Part shown: positions 45,514 through 54,585 of the stretch, in pieces
Layout of the letters: every line of letters starts with the position of its first letter
Numbering within the stretch: position 1 is the stretch's first letter
From: a virus
IMG/VR virus record: IMGVR_UViG_3300012348_000173
Span: 29,919-93,918 of that record
Reading direction: 5' to 3' (one strand)
DNA length: 64,000 nucleotides
The notes under the pieces: generated by a model
Database searches by the model: none
Told to the model about the DNA's origin: nothing
What the model saw: only the letters and a program-made list of their open reading frames with translations
Position numbers and translations under genes: made by a program

Positions 45514-45951
45514 TTAGTTACTAAGGATGTAAATTGACATCTCGTACTTATCGCGCAAAGTCCCAGGCTTAAGATCAGAGCGATTATGAATGTTATCAGC
45601 AATCTTAACAATTGTAGTGATAGCCTTTTCCTTAGCACGCAGGATAGAACTAAGGTATGTTTCACCTTTAATTTTGGTTAGGCGCTGAACATAATCCGCA
45701 ACCGTTTCACCAAAGTTATCTCGCAATTCTTCATACGTGACATCAGTGTCCTCAAGAACATCGTGAAGCAATGCGACCTTTTCAAGCAAAGAATGATCAA
45801 TATCAGATCCAATTGTCAATACCTTTGCATTTTTAGCAACAGCAATTGGATGAGTGATGTACGGTTCGTTATTAAACCGGCGCACTTGTCCAAGATGAGA
45901 GCGCGTAGCAAATTCTAAAACATCAGTGTTAATGATCTTATCGGTATCCAT
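45514..45951 (-). CDS. HD-domain hydrolase (SpoT/Mesh1-like small alarmone hydrolase family)
   Basis: H.GQ.R....PYITHP..VA, ALLHDVLEDT, LTK, VKIADNIHN. Confidence 0.85.
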   Translation of the reverse strand: MDTDKIINTDVLEFATRSHLGQVRRFNNEPYITHPIAVAKNAKVLTIGSDIDHSLLEKVALLHDVLEDTDVTYEELRDNFGETVADYVQRLTKIKGETYLSSILRAKEKAITTIVKIADNIHNRSDLKPGTLRDKYEMSIYILSN

Positions 45952-45959
45952 ACAACAGT

Positions 45960-45988
45960 ATTATAAACGGAATTTTGTAAAATGTAAA
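45960..45988 (-). promoter_or_regulatory. Early promoter
   Basis: TTTACA-17-TATAAT, 8 nt before ATG. Confidence 0.75.
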
Positions 45989-45994
45989 CAACTT

Positions 45995-46573
45995 TTATTC
46001 AATTTGTTCAATGATGATCTTACAGTTTTCAGGATTCTTGTGATAGCGATTAAAGAAGTCCACGCTATGTCCATGTAGATACATCAGCGCCAATCGAATC
46101 CATTCGCCATGTGCAACAATCACAATGTCGTCGGATGAGTAACGATTGGTTCTAATCTCTTGCATAAATGCCACAACACGAACATATGTATCGGCAAAAC
46201 TCTCTCCGCTTAATGGGCGATAGAAGAAGTTAAAATGCATGTCAGGCTCCAACTCAGGACTATCAACAAGTTCACGTAGGTTACCCCAGCTACGCTCATA
46301 TAGGAGAGGTGATTCATGGACGTTTGCATATTTACCTTCAAGAATGCATTGCTTGTCAATGATCGAAGCTGTTTCAGCTGCACGCACAAACGGAGAATGT
46401 ACAATTGTGAATGGTCGGTTTTGTACCAAGTAAGATACACGCTCGCCTGCTGCTTTTGCTTGCTCACGTCCAAGATCAGTAAGACCAATCAGATGATCAT
46501 GCTGAGTGTAGTAATGCGAAGGATCGACGTTTGCAACGCTTTGCCCGTGACGAATAAAGTAAAGATTCTTCAT
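45995..46573 (-). CDS. Histidine phosphatase (phosphoglycerate mutase family)
   Basis: FIRHGQS, LTDLGREQA, SPFVRAAET, GESF, VAHG. Confidence 0.92.
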   Translation of the reverse strand: MKNLYFIRHGQSVANVDPSHYYTQHDHLIGLTDLGREQAKAAGERVSYLVQNRPFTIVHSPFVRAAETASIIDKQCILEGKYANVHESPLLYERSWGNLRELVDSPELEPDMHFNFFYRPLSGESFADTYVRVVAFMQEIRTNRYSSDDIVIVAHGEWIRLALMYLHGHSVDFFNRYHKNPENCKIIIEQIE

Positions 46574-46791
46574 GCGTTTGCGGTCTGAGGGAATTTAGAT
46601 GGATCTCCTGGCTCAAAGAGTTCAGAAAATTGTTCAGCGGTACCCACCCATGAAACAATATGTTCAAGGCGATCGGCCATTTCGGCATCATGCGCAATGA
46701 TCTCATCCATTCCTGAATAGATCACGCGCATTTGCCGATTAAGAGCGGTCTGCCTCCAAACACTACCTGGTCTTGGAAGTTGCCCTGTCAT
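46570..46791 (-). CDS. Hypothetical protein
   Basis: Packed ORF with ATGA overlap. Confidence 0.6.
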   Translation of the reverse strand: MTGQLPRPGSVWRQTALNRQMRVIYSGMDEIIAHDAEMADRLEHIVSWVGTAEQFSELFEPGDPSKFPQTANA

Positions 46792-46794
46792 AAC

Positions 46795-47298
46795 TCACTT
46801 ATCGAGAATTAGAAGAACTTGGCGGCCGCCATCTTGGCAAATTTCCCAACGATAATCGCTGTCAAGAACGATGCCATCACCTTTGGACGTAATGTCAAAA
46901 GCTAAACCACGATTGAGTTCGGGAACAATTCCACCAAACTGATCAGCAAAGTCGTCAAGAATATTGAAAGCATCAGCACTCCATTCGGAATCGAGACGTG
47001 ATTGACGAAGAAGGATGTTGTTTGTTGGAGGATTCTTCGCGTTCTCAAGTTCCTTTTGGAGAATTGACATGCGCTCTTCGGTCTCCTTAAGCTCGCGTTC
47101 AATCTTATTCACAAGATGGTTATTAACGACATTTTTCTGGTTGTCTTTAACTTCGGAGAATTGATTCATCGCATACCATTGAATATTGCCATGGTCATTA
47201 CGAATCTTAAAGTATCCAATAGCATCAACGTTCTCAACCACTTCATAAGTAGCATATTTGGTGAGTGTTGCTCCGCGTCCTGTGTATTTTACTTTCAT
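46795..47298 (-). CDS. Hypothetical protein
   Basis: Probable start MKVKYTG at 47298 after an A/C-rich leader; central coiled coil. Confidence 0.6.
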   Translation of the reverse strand: MKVKYTGRGATLTKYATYEVVENVDAIGYFKIRNDHGNIQWYAMNQFSEVKDNQKNVVNNHLVNKIERELKETEERMSILQKELENAKNPPTNNILLRQSRLDSEWSADAFNILDDFADQFGGIVPELNRGLAFDITSKGDGIVLDSDYRWEICQDGGRQVLLILDK

Positions 47299-47332
47299 TG
47301 TGTTATGTATTTTTGTGTTTTGAGATAGTGAA

Positions 47333-47791
47333 TCAGACGAATTCATCAAATTCGATTGGGGAGTGAGGTTCAGTGTAAACCTGCTTTTTCTTTACGCCTT
47401 CACGGCTCTTACGGTCGCGGATTTGCTTGCGTGCGTTCTTAAGCAGACGTGCACCAAGACAAGGATCCTGAGATGCTAGCCATTGGTCAAGCGTGTATCG
47501 TCCATCGTTCTTATCAAAAAGTGGACAAACGATTGGAGTAAATTTAAATGCGCCGGTTGTGTATCGAAAATTGATAGCCGCAAGATCACCTTTGAAAGAA
47601 ATGATGATTTTAGTCTTATTTGCTTGGGCTTCGAAGTCATTCATGCCAACCCAATAACGCAGCTCTAGCAATTCACGAATAACGTGGCGAGCGTAACCTT
47701 TGCGGCCTTGGGCCTTGCGTTCTGCATAGGTCATCGGTCGACTGATCATTGTGCCTTTAGGCGGCATGAAAGAAGAAACTGAGAAGTTCAT
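47333..47791 (-). CDS. Hypothetical protein
   Basis: Packed ORF. Confidence 0.6.
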   Translation of the reverse strand: MNFSVSSFMPPKGTMISRPMTYAERKAQGRKGYARHVIRELLELRYWVGMNDFEAQANKTKIIISFKGDLAAINFRYTTGAFKFTPIVCPLFDKNDGRYTLDQWLASQDPCLGARLLKNARKQIRDRKSREGVKKKQVYTEPHSPIEFDEFV

Positions 47792-47809
47792 ATTATGTGA
47801 TGATTAAAA

Positions 47810-48052
47810 TTAGTAAGCGCGTGCAACAGCGTAAAACTTGCCGTTTGAGTTCTGCTCAATGTCCCATGAAACACGGCGGTTGCCGCAGTCACAACGACGG
47901 CTGATGCCATCCCAGCCAATGCATTCAGGCTGATCATCATCGAGATAATCGTTGCAGTTCATGCCGTCAAAAGTATCAAAGCCGCCATTTGCTTCGGCAT
48001 ACGCCTTAGCGGCGGCTTCGGCTTGTTCGGGAGTATCGTAATCGGTATTCAT
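47810..48052 (-). CDS. Cys-rich hypothetical protein, paralog A
   Basis: GMNCNDYL...CIGWDGISRRCDCGNRRVSW. Confidence 0.75.
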   Translation of the reverse strand: MNTDYDTPEQAEAAAKAYAEANGGFDTFDGMNCNDYLDDDQPECIGWDGISRRCDCGNRRVSWDIEQNSNGKFYAVARAY

Positions 48053-48120
48053 TTTGTAGTGGTGGTTGCCTTACGGAATTATTATAAACGGAAAACGAAC
48101 GGATGTAAATAACTTTTTTA
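48053..48120 (-). repeat. Early-promoter repeat, copy 1
   Basis: TTTACA-17-TATAAT-AATTCC-GTAAGGCAACCACCAC. Confidence 0.9.
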
Positions 48121-48121
48121 G

Positions 48122-48364
48122 TTAATGAGTGCGGGCAACAGCACAGAAAGTACCGTTGAGGGTCTTTTCAATTTCCCATGAAACACGGTGGTTACCACAG
48201 TCACAACGACGGTCGACTCCGTCCCATCCGGTGCAGGGAAACAAATCTTCCTCCTCAAGATAGTCGTTGCAGTCCATACCTTCGAATTCAATAGGACCGT
48301 TTTCGCGGATATATTCTTTAGCTGCGGCCAGAGCGAGTTCAGGTGTTGAGCGAGGGCGATACAT
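48122..48364 (-). CDS. Cys-rich hypothetical protein, paralog B
   Basis: GMDCNDYL...CTGWDGVDRRCDCGNHRVSW. Confidence 0.75.
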   Translation of the reverse strand: MYRPRSTPELALAAAKEYIRENGPIEFEGMDCNDYLEEEDLFPCTGWDGVDRRCDCGNHRVSWEIEKTLNGTFCAVARTH

Positions 48365-48440
48365 TTTGTAGTGGTGGTTTCCTTACAGAATCATTATAAA
48401 CGGAAAATGACCGGATGTAAACAAGAAAATTCACAAAAAT
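48365..48440 (-). repeat. Early-promoter repeat, copy 2
   Basis: GTTTACA-17-TATAAT-GATTCT-GTAAGGAAACCACCAC. Confidence 0.92.
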
Positions 48441-48449
48441 TAAGAAATT

Positions 48450-48707
48450 TTAGCGGAATTTACGAAATTTCTTAATTTTCGTCACTTGTTCGATCGTGAA
48501 TTGGGGTATACCCGTCAAATCCCGGATTTCGCTCTTTTCGCTGCGAATTACTGCATATCCGCAGTCCTGCCATTCCTGGTAAGACATGGCAGTGTCTTCG
48601 GTGAGTTTTCTACGCGAAAGGTACTCCCGGCGAGATGGGATTTCCGGCATCATCTTCATGGGCGAATTTGCAACCGCATGCTTCAAGTTCCTTTTGCAAT
48701 TCTTCAT
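48450..48707 (-). CDS. Hypothetical protein (start uncertain)
   Basis: SYQEWQDCGYAVIRSEKS...FTIEQV; overlaps the upstream ORF. Confidence 0.5.
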   Translation of the reverse strand: MKNCKRNLKHAVANSPMKMMPEIPSRREYLSRRKLTEDTAMSYQEWQDCGYAVIRSEKSEIRDLTGIPQFTIEQVTKIKKFRKFR

Positions 48708-48948
48708 CTGTCTTATTTCGCAACTCAGCAGCTAATGCAGCTTTCCATTCTTTAACTCGAAAAGACTCAAAGCCAACGGAGTTTAGCTGATTGCGAATAT
48801 TTTCTGCTAATCGCAGAGCATCATCGCCTGTCAGCATAGACAAGCCTGCAGGACATCTCAGCTGAACCACCACGTTACCGCTGGACGTCGATATTGCCTG
48901 AGCACCCAGTAAAGGTAGCTCTCCGTTGACTGTGAAACTATCGTTCAT
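48610..48948 (-). CDS. Hypothetical protein
   Basis: Packed ORF. Confidence 0.55.
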   Translation of the reverse strand: MNDSFTVNGELPLLGAQAISTSSGNVVVQLRCPAGLSMLTGDDALRLAENIRNQLNSVGFESFRVKEWKAALAAELRNKTDEELQKELEACGCKFAHEDDAGNPISPGVPFA

Positions 48949-48964
48949 ACATTATGTATACACA

Positions 48965-49486
48965 TTACCAATCATAGGTAAAGGATACAATTTGGTGTTT
49001 CTTAGCAATCTCAAGAAGCATGTCTTCAAACTCGCGGACGGTCATATAGACGTCATGAGAGGTATCTTTTACATGAGATCCAATCTTGACGCGGCCAATC
49101 TTGACTTTAAGATCTCTGATGTCAACTCCATCAGGTAGACGTCCATACTTGTTATCCGGATGATTTAACTCCATGTAACTGTATTGCGCATCGTCATAGA
49201 CACAATCAAGAACATTAGCAAAATCGACCGTTGCGCCGCGATGATCAGATGTGAAGTATTCCGCCTCATCGATGTGGTAATACTGTTCATCGTTTCGAGG
49301 AAACCGCTGCTTAATTTCCTCCTGCAGCGGATGAATGATCCAACCGTATGACTTCATTAGATTAGCATTTGAAATAGTGCTGAACCGTGTATATAGATCA
49401 AGCTCATCATCATTCAAGATGGTGTTTGCAAGTGTAGTTCTGTCCTTTGCCAGTTTCTTGATTTTCTTGGTGTATTTGGTGCTCAT
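48965..49486 (-). CDS. Hypothetical protein, apparent paralog of 56797..57261
   Basis: Shared R....I....L......I.HP and terminal (Y/F)DW. Confidence 0.7.
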   Translation of the reverse strand: MSTKYTKKIKKLAKDRTTLANTILNDDELDLYTRFSTISNANLMKSYGWIIHPLQEEIKQRFPRNDEQYYHIDEAEYFTSDHRGATVDFANVLDCVYDDAQYSYMELNHPDNKYGRLPDGVDIRDLKVKIGRVKIGSHVKDTSHDVYMTVREFEDMLLEIAKKHQIVSFTYDW

Positions 49487-49489
49487 ATT

Positions 49490-49666
49490 TTAGAATATTC
49501 TGAATGAAGATGCGAATGATGCTAATATTAAAAGTATTAAGAAGTACATAATGATAATCATTATGATTAGAGCGGCTGGGATAACAATAAGCCATGCCCA
49601 CCCTGCCATTGAAATACTATGACTAGCAATAAGCCAGTCGGTAACCGTTTGGATTAGATTGTTCAT
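49490..49666 (-). CDS. Small membrane protein, 58 aa (absent from track)
   Basis: MNNLIQTVTDWLIASHSISMAGWAWLIVIPAALIIMIIIMYFLILLILASFASSFRIF; fills the gap with ATGA overlap. Confidence 0.65.
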   Translation of the reverse strand: MNNLIQTVTDWLIASHSISMAGWAWLIVIPAALIIMIIIMYFLILLILASFASSFRIF

Positions 49667-49923
49667 TTAGGTGATAGTGTTATTTTGAGGGAATCATCAA
49701 ATTCAAATGCTTCAGCGATCCATCCTAATGAAACGTATCCAACCGGGAATACATTTTCATTTCCACTACGAATCACAAAACCTTCGATGTATCGGTCCTG
49801 CTTTCGTCCTGTCGGAATCGCGATGATATGGATGTCATCACGAATTCCCTTTAGAATTCGGCTATGGTGATAACCTGTCTTTTCATAAGCATCATGCCAC
49901 TTAAAGTATTCTTCGTCTGTCAT
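49663..49923 (-). CDS. Hypothetical protein
   Basis: Packed ORF. Confidence 0.6.
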   Translation of the reverse strand: MTDEEYFKWHDAYEKTGYHHSRILKGIRDDIHIIAIPTGRKQDRYIEGFVIRSGNENVFPVGYVSLGWIAEAFEFDDSLKITLSPK

Positions 49924-49927
49924 TTAA

Positions 49928-50446
49928 TTAAAGAAAGTTATGAACGATTTCTTCGTTTATGTTTAGGAGAGAGAACACAACAACTTCGCTTTTGGAAGCA
50001 TATTCGCGGATGGCAATCATTCCATAAAGACCGCTGTTACGACGATCTGTGTAATCAATACGTCCCCAATGAATGTAAAGAGTAAAATCAGAACACTTAA
50101 ACACATCAGTGTTAATCGGTTTCATATGTCCTCGAAGTGCACACTCGTTGACAACGGTCTCACGCGCGTTCATTGTCGATATGATAGGCGTATTTGAAAC
50201 CAGCGGCCGGTCATGAATGGAATGGAGCTTACCATCAACAAGACTGTATAAAAGTACTTCGATGACATCAATCTTACCGTCCTGTTCATGGACTATTGCT
50301 TTGTCACAACAGTATTCAAATTCGCGAATGATGATTCCATTTACGGTCTTTTTGGACTTTCGTTTCCATGAAAAAGCTATGCCATACTTACGAGTGTATT
50401 CAAGCAGAGCGTTTACACAATCAGCAGTCGTTATTTTGGATTTCAT
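49928..50446 (-). CDS. Hypothetical protein
   Basis: Packed ORF, ATGA overlap with ligase. Confidence 0.6.
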   Translation of the reverse strand: MKSKITTADCVNALLEYTRKYGIAFSWKRKSKKTVNGIIIREFEYCCDKAIVHEQDGKIDVIEVLLYSLVDGKLHSIHDRPLVSNTPIISTMNARETVVNECALRGHMKPINTDVFKCSDFTLYIHWGRIDYTDRRNSGLYGMIAIREYASKSEVVVFSLLNINEEIVHNFL

Positions 50447-51783
50447 ACAAGCTCGATGGCAGCTTCAAATTGTTCCTTGATCTTATCGAGCGAATCGGCT
50501 TCGGTCTTATCCTTACGGAATTCTGCAAAGCGCGGAAGGAACAAGCTCCACTTCTTACCGTCACGCGAAGGTTCCATGATCATGTTAGAATCAACCGACA
50601 TGACCGTGCCGATGTAACTGTCCATGCTCTCGAAGATTTCCTTACGATGGTCGTCCTTAAAGCCAGAGACAGCGACCTCAAGCAGACCATCGGACGATTC
50701 ACAAATCAGCGAGCCGAACAGATCCTTGTTCTTATTCTTGCCAGGCCGCCAGCCAGTGATCTTGAGTTCGCAGGTGGCGGTCATCTTGAACTTGATCTTA
50801 AACTTGGAAGTACTGTCAACCCATGGAGCGTTCGGCTCAGACAGGATAGTACCTTCCTTGCCAGCTTCGAGCATTTCACGATAGTGTGCCTTTGCTTCGT
50901 CCATTGACTTGACAAATCGAGTATCAATCAATGCGAGAGCATCACACGCGCTGTAATCAAGTTGCTTGAAGAGTGCAGCCAAACGCTTAGCATATCCAAC
51001 ATTATACTTAGCTTTCGTTGTGACAGAAGCGAGAGGGATTTGATCCCATGCGCGGTAAATTGGACTCATGCCTGCGGGCCATACTCCGCCTTGTGCAATC
51101 TTGTTAAGCAAGCCATTACCAATTTCACGCGGCTGAACTTCACCGGCAGCATTGACCACAAGAAGCTCGCCTTGGGTCTGTGTATTGTCATCAAGCAATC
51201 GTTTTGCAGCTTCGACGACGGCCGTGAATGAATCGGTGTCAAACGGCTTGCCGCTGCGGGACATCATTGCAATATCTCCATTGGACTTGTTGATTGTGCA
51301 GTACATTCCGTCAGCCTTTTCCTGCGAAATCACACCCTTCTTCCAATCCCAAGTAGAGAACTTAGCATCCTTTGGTAGTGCACAACGCATATAAGGGAAG
51401 TCAGGAATAAGTCCTTTCTTTGCCTTGTTGACGGTCGACTCACCGAAGCCCGCCTTGGGATCCTTGTTGAGAATGCGAATCATAAGGTCAGCTGGAAATC
51501 CAGACTCAACGAGTTGGCCGCATGCAAGACGCGCTTCATTACCTGAAAGCGTGCGCGATGTAAGAGCGTCAAAAACTGCATATGGATTGCGGTCAATCGG
51601 ATAAGCGCTTGGTTCAAAGTTCTTGATGTAGAATCGCTTGAACGGATTCAGCATCAACACAACAACCTTTTCAAAGTCAGGTGTACATTCAAGATGCTTC
51701 TTGACAAGCGCTTCTTTGTCCTTCTTGCCAGGAACAGCGGCAATTTCGTTCAGAGCGGATAGTACGTTTTCAAATGTTTTCAT
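50443..51783 (-). CDS. gp30: ATP-dependent DNA ligase
   Basis: Motif I QEKADG, SRSGK, QGELL, GKEGTIL, KIKFK, SLFLPRF..FR.DK. Confidence 0.93.
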   Translation of the reverse strand: MKTFENVLSALNEIAAVPGKKDKEALVKKHLECTPDFEKVVVLMLNPFKRFYIKNFEPSAYPIDRNPYAVFDALTSRTLSGNEARLACGQLVESGFPADLMIRILNKDPKAGFGESTVNKAKKGLIPDFPYMRCALPKDAKFSTWDWKKGVISQEKADGMYCTINKSNGDIAMMSRSGKPFDTDSFTAVVEAAKRLLDDNTQTQGELLVVNAAGEVQPREIGNGLLNKIAQGGVWPAGMSPIYRAWDQIPLASVTTKAKYNVGYAKRLAALFKQLDYSACDALALIDTRFVKSMDEAKAHYREMLEAGKEGTILSEPNAPWVDSTSKFKIKFKMTATCELKITGWRPGKNKNKDLFGSLICESSDGLLEVAVSGFKDDHRKEIFESMDSYIGTVMSVDSNMIMEPSRDGKKWSLFLPRFAEFRKDKTEADSLDKIKEQFEAAIELV

Positions 51784-51801
51784 ATTAGGTGGCGTGAATT
51801 T

Positions 51802-51830
51802 ATTCTAACAGGATGTAAGCAAAATGTAAA
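51802..51830 (-). promoter_or_regulatory. Early promoter of ligase
   Basis: TTTACA-17-TAGAAT with extended TG; leader contains CCACC. Confidence 0.7.
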
Positions 51831-51836
51831 CAATTT

Positions 51837-52007
51837 TCAGAAAAATGACAGGATGAATTTACATGCAAAGTAAAGAATGCAAATGATACACAGAATAACT
51901 GAGAGGTAAATACTCCAAAGCATAGTGACAGCCCTATCAACCATTCTCTTTTCTTGAGAGTTGAGCATTTGGTATGAGGTCGACTTTCCGTTGCGTTTGA
52001 TTTTCAT
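51837..52007 (-). CDS. Small membrane protein, 56 aa (absent from track)
   Basis: MKIKRNGKSTSYQMLNSQEKRMVDRAVTMLWSIYLSVILCIICILYFACKFILSFF; TAATG overlap. Confidence 0.6.
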   Translation of the reverse strand: MKIKRNGKSTSYQMLNSQEKRMVDRAVTMLWSIYLSVILCIICILYFACKFILSFF

Positions 52008-52168
52008 TACTTAATGGTGGTAAAATTGTTGATGTTAAGACGTGCAATGTATCCTTTAGGAGTTCTTACGGTGATGATGTTTTTCTTTACAGAGAGTACC
52101 AAGTAAGACAGCGTGACAGGTTTGTCGTTGCAGGTCTTGGTGATATTTAGTCGGTCTCCGCGTTGCAT
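52007..52168 (-). CDS. Small basic hypothetical protein
   Basis: Likely start MQRGDRL at 52168 directly after the upstream stop. Confidence 0.5.
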   Translation of the reverse strand: MQRGDRLNITKTCNDKPVTLSYLVLSVKKNIITVRTPKGYIARLNINNFTTIK

Positions 52169-52169
52169 A

Positions 52170-52586
52170 TCAGTATCCAGCGGCCTCAGCGAGATCCATG
52201 TAGCGGTCTTCGACAACGGAGGTCATCCAGTCGTCGTGCCGTTGTTCCTCTTCGTGATAGGAGTCGGCCATGGCCATGGCATATGCGGCAGCCCGCACGG
52301 ATTTCTGAAGATTGGCCAGGATCACCTGCAGCTCCGAGGTCTCAAGTTCCATCAGCTTGCCCCAGTTTTCGCGGTACCCATACGCCGACTTGGTGATTTC
52401 GTAGATCTCGGTTGCGAGATCATACTTGATGAAGTCCTCGACGGTGTGGACTCCGGACTCAGCCCAGAATTCCACGTCCTCGACGATCGTGGTCGAGAAG
52501 CGACCTTCGCCGGCGGCGACCCACTCCAGGGTCTTGGCATTGAGGTTGCGGATGTGGGCGAGCAGAGCGGTAGATTCGGTAGTCAT
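52170..52586 (-). CDS. Acidic hypothetical early protein
   Basis: First gene after promoter repeat; visibly GC-rich codon usage. Confidence 0.75.
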   Translation of the reverse strand: MTTESTALLAHIRNLNAKTLEWVAAGEGRFSTTIVEDVEFWAESGVHTVEDFIKYDLATEIYEITKSAYGYRENWGKLMELETSELQVILANLQKSVRAAAYAMAMADSYHEEEQRHDDWMTSVVEDRYMDLAEAAGY

Positions 52587-52660
52587 GTTGTGGTGGTTTC
52601 CTTACAGAATCATTATAAACGGAAAACGAACGGATGTAAACAAGAAAATTCATAAATTTT
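52587..52660 (-). repeat. Early-promoter repeat, copy 3
   Basis: -10 at 52612-17, -35 at 52635-40, AT-rich UP tract. Confidence 0.92.
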
Positions 52661-52716
52661 CATATTTTTTTCACAAATTTTCCGAATTCATATGATTTTT
52701 CACGGAATTCATAGGA

Positions 52717-53241
52717 TCATAGAGTCTTCAGCAGCTGCAATTTCAGTTCTTCTTTACGATGGTGACGAGGCGAAGAAACATCATCATCAGGTACGCTTTC
52801 AAGGATTTCCTTACCTTTTGTCAAAGCACGTAGCAGACTCTTAAGATGTCCAGGATAAAGAAAGAGCGAATACGGCGGAGCGGTCTGAGTAGTAAAGATT
52901 ACGGTGTAGCCCATATGTTCATACTTGCTCTTGTGTGGAATAACAAAACCATAGCTAGTCATAAACGCATTGTCGTCAAATCCAAACGATTGTACCTCTG
53001 GATGTTCCTCAGCGAACTTCTCCATCGCCTCCATGTATGCATAAGGATCTCCTTTGTAACTAGGCGCGCTATGATACAATGCATGAACATTGTAATCCGG
53101 ATCATCGTTGTTGACTGATAGACTAATCAGTTCTTCGAGGATTTTCTTTTGTTCAGCAGATGGTTCATCGACGTCCACGCGTTCGCCGTTTTCATTGACA
53201 TAAACAAAGTCTTTTGTGGAATACATTGAAAGTCGTTTCAT
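52717..53241 (-). CDS. Hypothetical protein
   Basis: Packed ORF; likely start MKRLSMY. Confidence 0.6.
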   Translation of the reverse strand: MKRLSMYSTKDFVYVNENGERVDVDEPSAEQKKILEELISLSVNNDDPDYNVHALYHSAPSYKGDPYAYMEAMEKFAEEHPEVQSFGFDDNAFMTSYGFVIPHKSKYEHMGYTVIFTTQTAPPYSLFLYPGHLKSLLRALTKGKEILESVPDDDVSSPRHHRKEELKLQLLKTL

Positions 53242-53242
53242 A

Positions 53243-53437
53243 TTATTTGGAGTGTTCACTTAGTACGTATAGAAGATGATTGTAGTCAGAACTCATTGCA
53301 TCATCAAGGACGGCTTTGATTTCTTCTTTGGTTCGGCCTGCTTTGCGAGCACAGTTTTGCCAATGTCCCATAAGAACATATGCATTGCCGTCAACGCCAA
53401 CAAGTTTGCATTTTACAGGTTCACAATGTAGTTTCAT
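53243..53437 (-). CDS. Conserved small phage protein
   Basis: LVGVDGNAYVLMG...ARKAG...AMSSDYNHLL. Confidence 0.7.
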   Translation of the reverse strand: MKLHCEPVKCKLVGVDGNAYVLMGHWQNCARKAGRTKEEIKAVLDDAMSSDYNHLLYVLSEHSK

Positions 53438-53760
53438 ATGTCAAATTTAAGGATTGGCTCCATTTCAATTTCCTTTGCAAAGAATGAGTCGTCTTCCCAA
53501 ACAAACATCGGTGGACAGTAATTGTCGCGACGTCCGTCCGAAGGCATAGTCAGGCAAATTTCAATTGGTCGGAAGTCACCCTTCGGAATGATCTTGCCTC
53601 GATGCGAATAGTCTCGTTCAAAGGCCCAGTCGATATGTTTGGCGGTACGACGAAAACGGCCTTCACCGACGTGATACACGAAATCTTTAAGAAGATGCTT
53701 CTGTTTGTTTTCGACGCATTGCCGAATAAATTCCCAGGTATGTGGATATTTAAGATTCAT
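53434..53760 (-). CDS. Hypothetical protein
   Basis: Packed ORF. Confidence 0.6.
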   Translation of the reverse strand: MNLKYPHTWEFIRQCVENKQKHLLKDFVYHVGEGRFRRTAKHIDWAFERDYSHRGKIIPKGDFRPIEICLTMPSDGRRDNYCPPMFVWEDDSFFAKEIEMEPILKFDI

Positions 53761-53962
53761 TTTTGTTTTTCAAGCGATAGTGGTAAAACCAATAATCACC
53801 GTCAGGATCAAACTGTATTTCACCTCTTCTTTCAACGGTTTCCAGCCAAACCCAGAATGTTGGACCATAATCGTCACAAATTCGACGAGGGATAAAGCAA
53901 AAGGAATTATGCCAAGCTTTCTTTGCGTCAATCCTTTGTTGTCGTTTACATTTCCATTTCAT
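53750..53962 (-). CDS. Hypothetical protein
   Basis: WH..F...P......VWLETVERR motif. Confidence 0.6.
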   Translation of the reverse strand: MKWKCKRQQRIDAKKAWHNSFCFIPRRICDDYGPTFWVWLETVERRGEIQFDPDGDYWFYHYRLKNKNES

Positions 53963-54585
53963 ACTAGGGTATTTGTTTCGGGTTCAGCTGTCATCCAGTG
54001 ATCATCGGTTTGGACATGATTTGCGCGGACGTACTTAGCGACGCTCTTTGAGAAGTCCTTCATGTTGAACGAATCTGCAAGACGAACAACATAGCCTTCG
54101 CACTTTTCAGGATTCTTGGACGCCCAGATTTCGTCAATCTTCTTTTGGTCAAAGACTCCGCTGTAGAGAACCGGAACAGTCTTCAGTCCAAGAATCTCAA
54201 CCCACTCAACAGTATCCTTCCAAGAGAGGCATTCTTCGTGGTTCCAAATGCTGAAGACCTGGAAGTAATCCTCAAGGTTATCATACTTGATGCTATGCTT
54301 AGCGTAAAGGTTTTCGCCGCAGATTCGTAGATCTTCAGGCAGATCATACAAGCGAGACTGCAACTCTTTGACACGTGAGCGGGACCAATGATGCGAACTG
54401 TCAAGTGAGCGAGCATGAACGTGGTCGCGATAGATTGTTGTATTCTCGCCGTCCATCTTTTCGGTAATCACAACCAGCCGATCAATGAAGTGATCAATGC
54501 TTGTCAGCTTCTTGTCGTCCGATGTACAGCCTACGCTCCATGGAAGATGGAATGTGCGAGGATATTTGTACCGAAGAGTTTTCAT
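53959..54585 (-). CDS. ATP-dependent RNA ligase family protein
   Basis: KYPRTFHLPWS, TEKMDGEN, HARS, ICGENL, EGYVVR, AKYVR. Confidence 0.88.
   Translation of the reverse strand: MKTLRYKYPRTFHLPWSVGCTSDDKKLTSIDHFIDRLVVITEKMDGENTTIYRDHVHARSLDSSHHWSRSRVKELQSRLYDLPEDLRICGENLYAKHSIKYDNLEDYFQVFSIWNHEECLSWKDTVEWVEILGLKTVPVLYSGVFDQKKIDEIWASKNPEKCEGYVVRLADSFNMKDFSKSVAKYVRANHVQTDDHWMTAEPETNTLV

Noticed and set aside
51784-51795. GCCACC Kozak-like sequence before the ligase ATG
   Set aside because: Bacteriophage context; better explained as a variant of the CCACCAC leader motif
52113-52695. Several overlapping alternative-frame ORFs
   Set aside because: By-product of locally high GC; only 52170..52586 follows the promoter/leader
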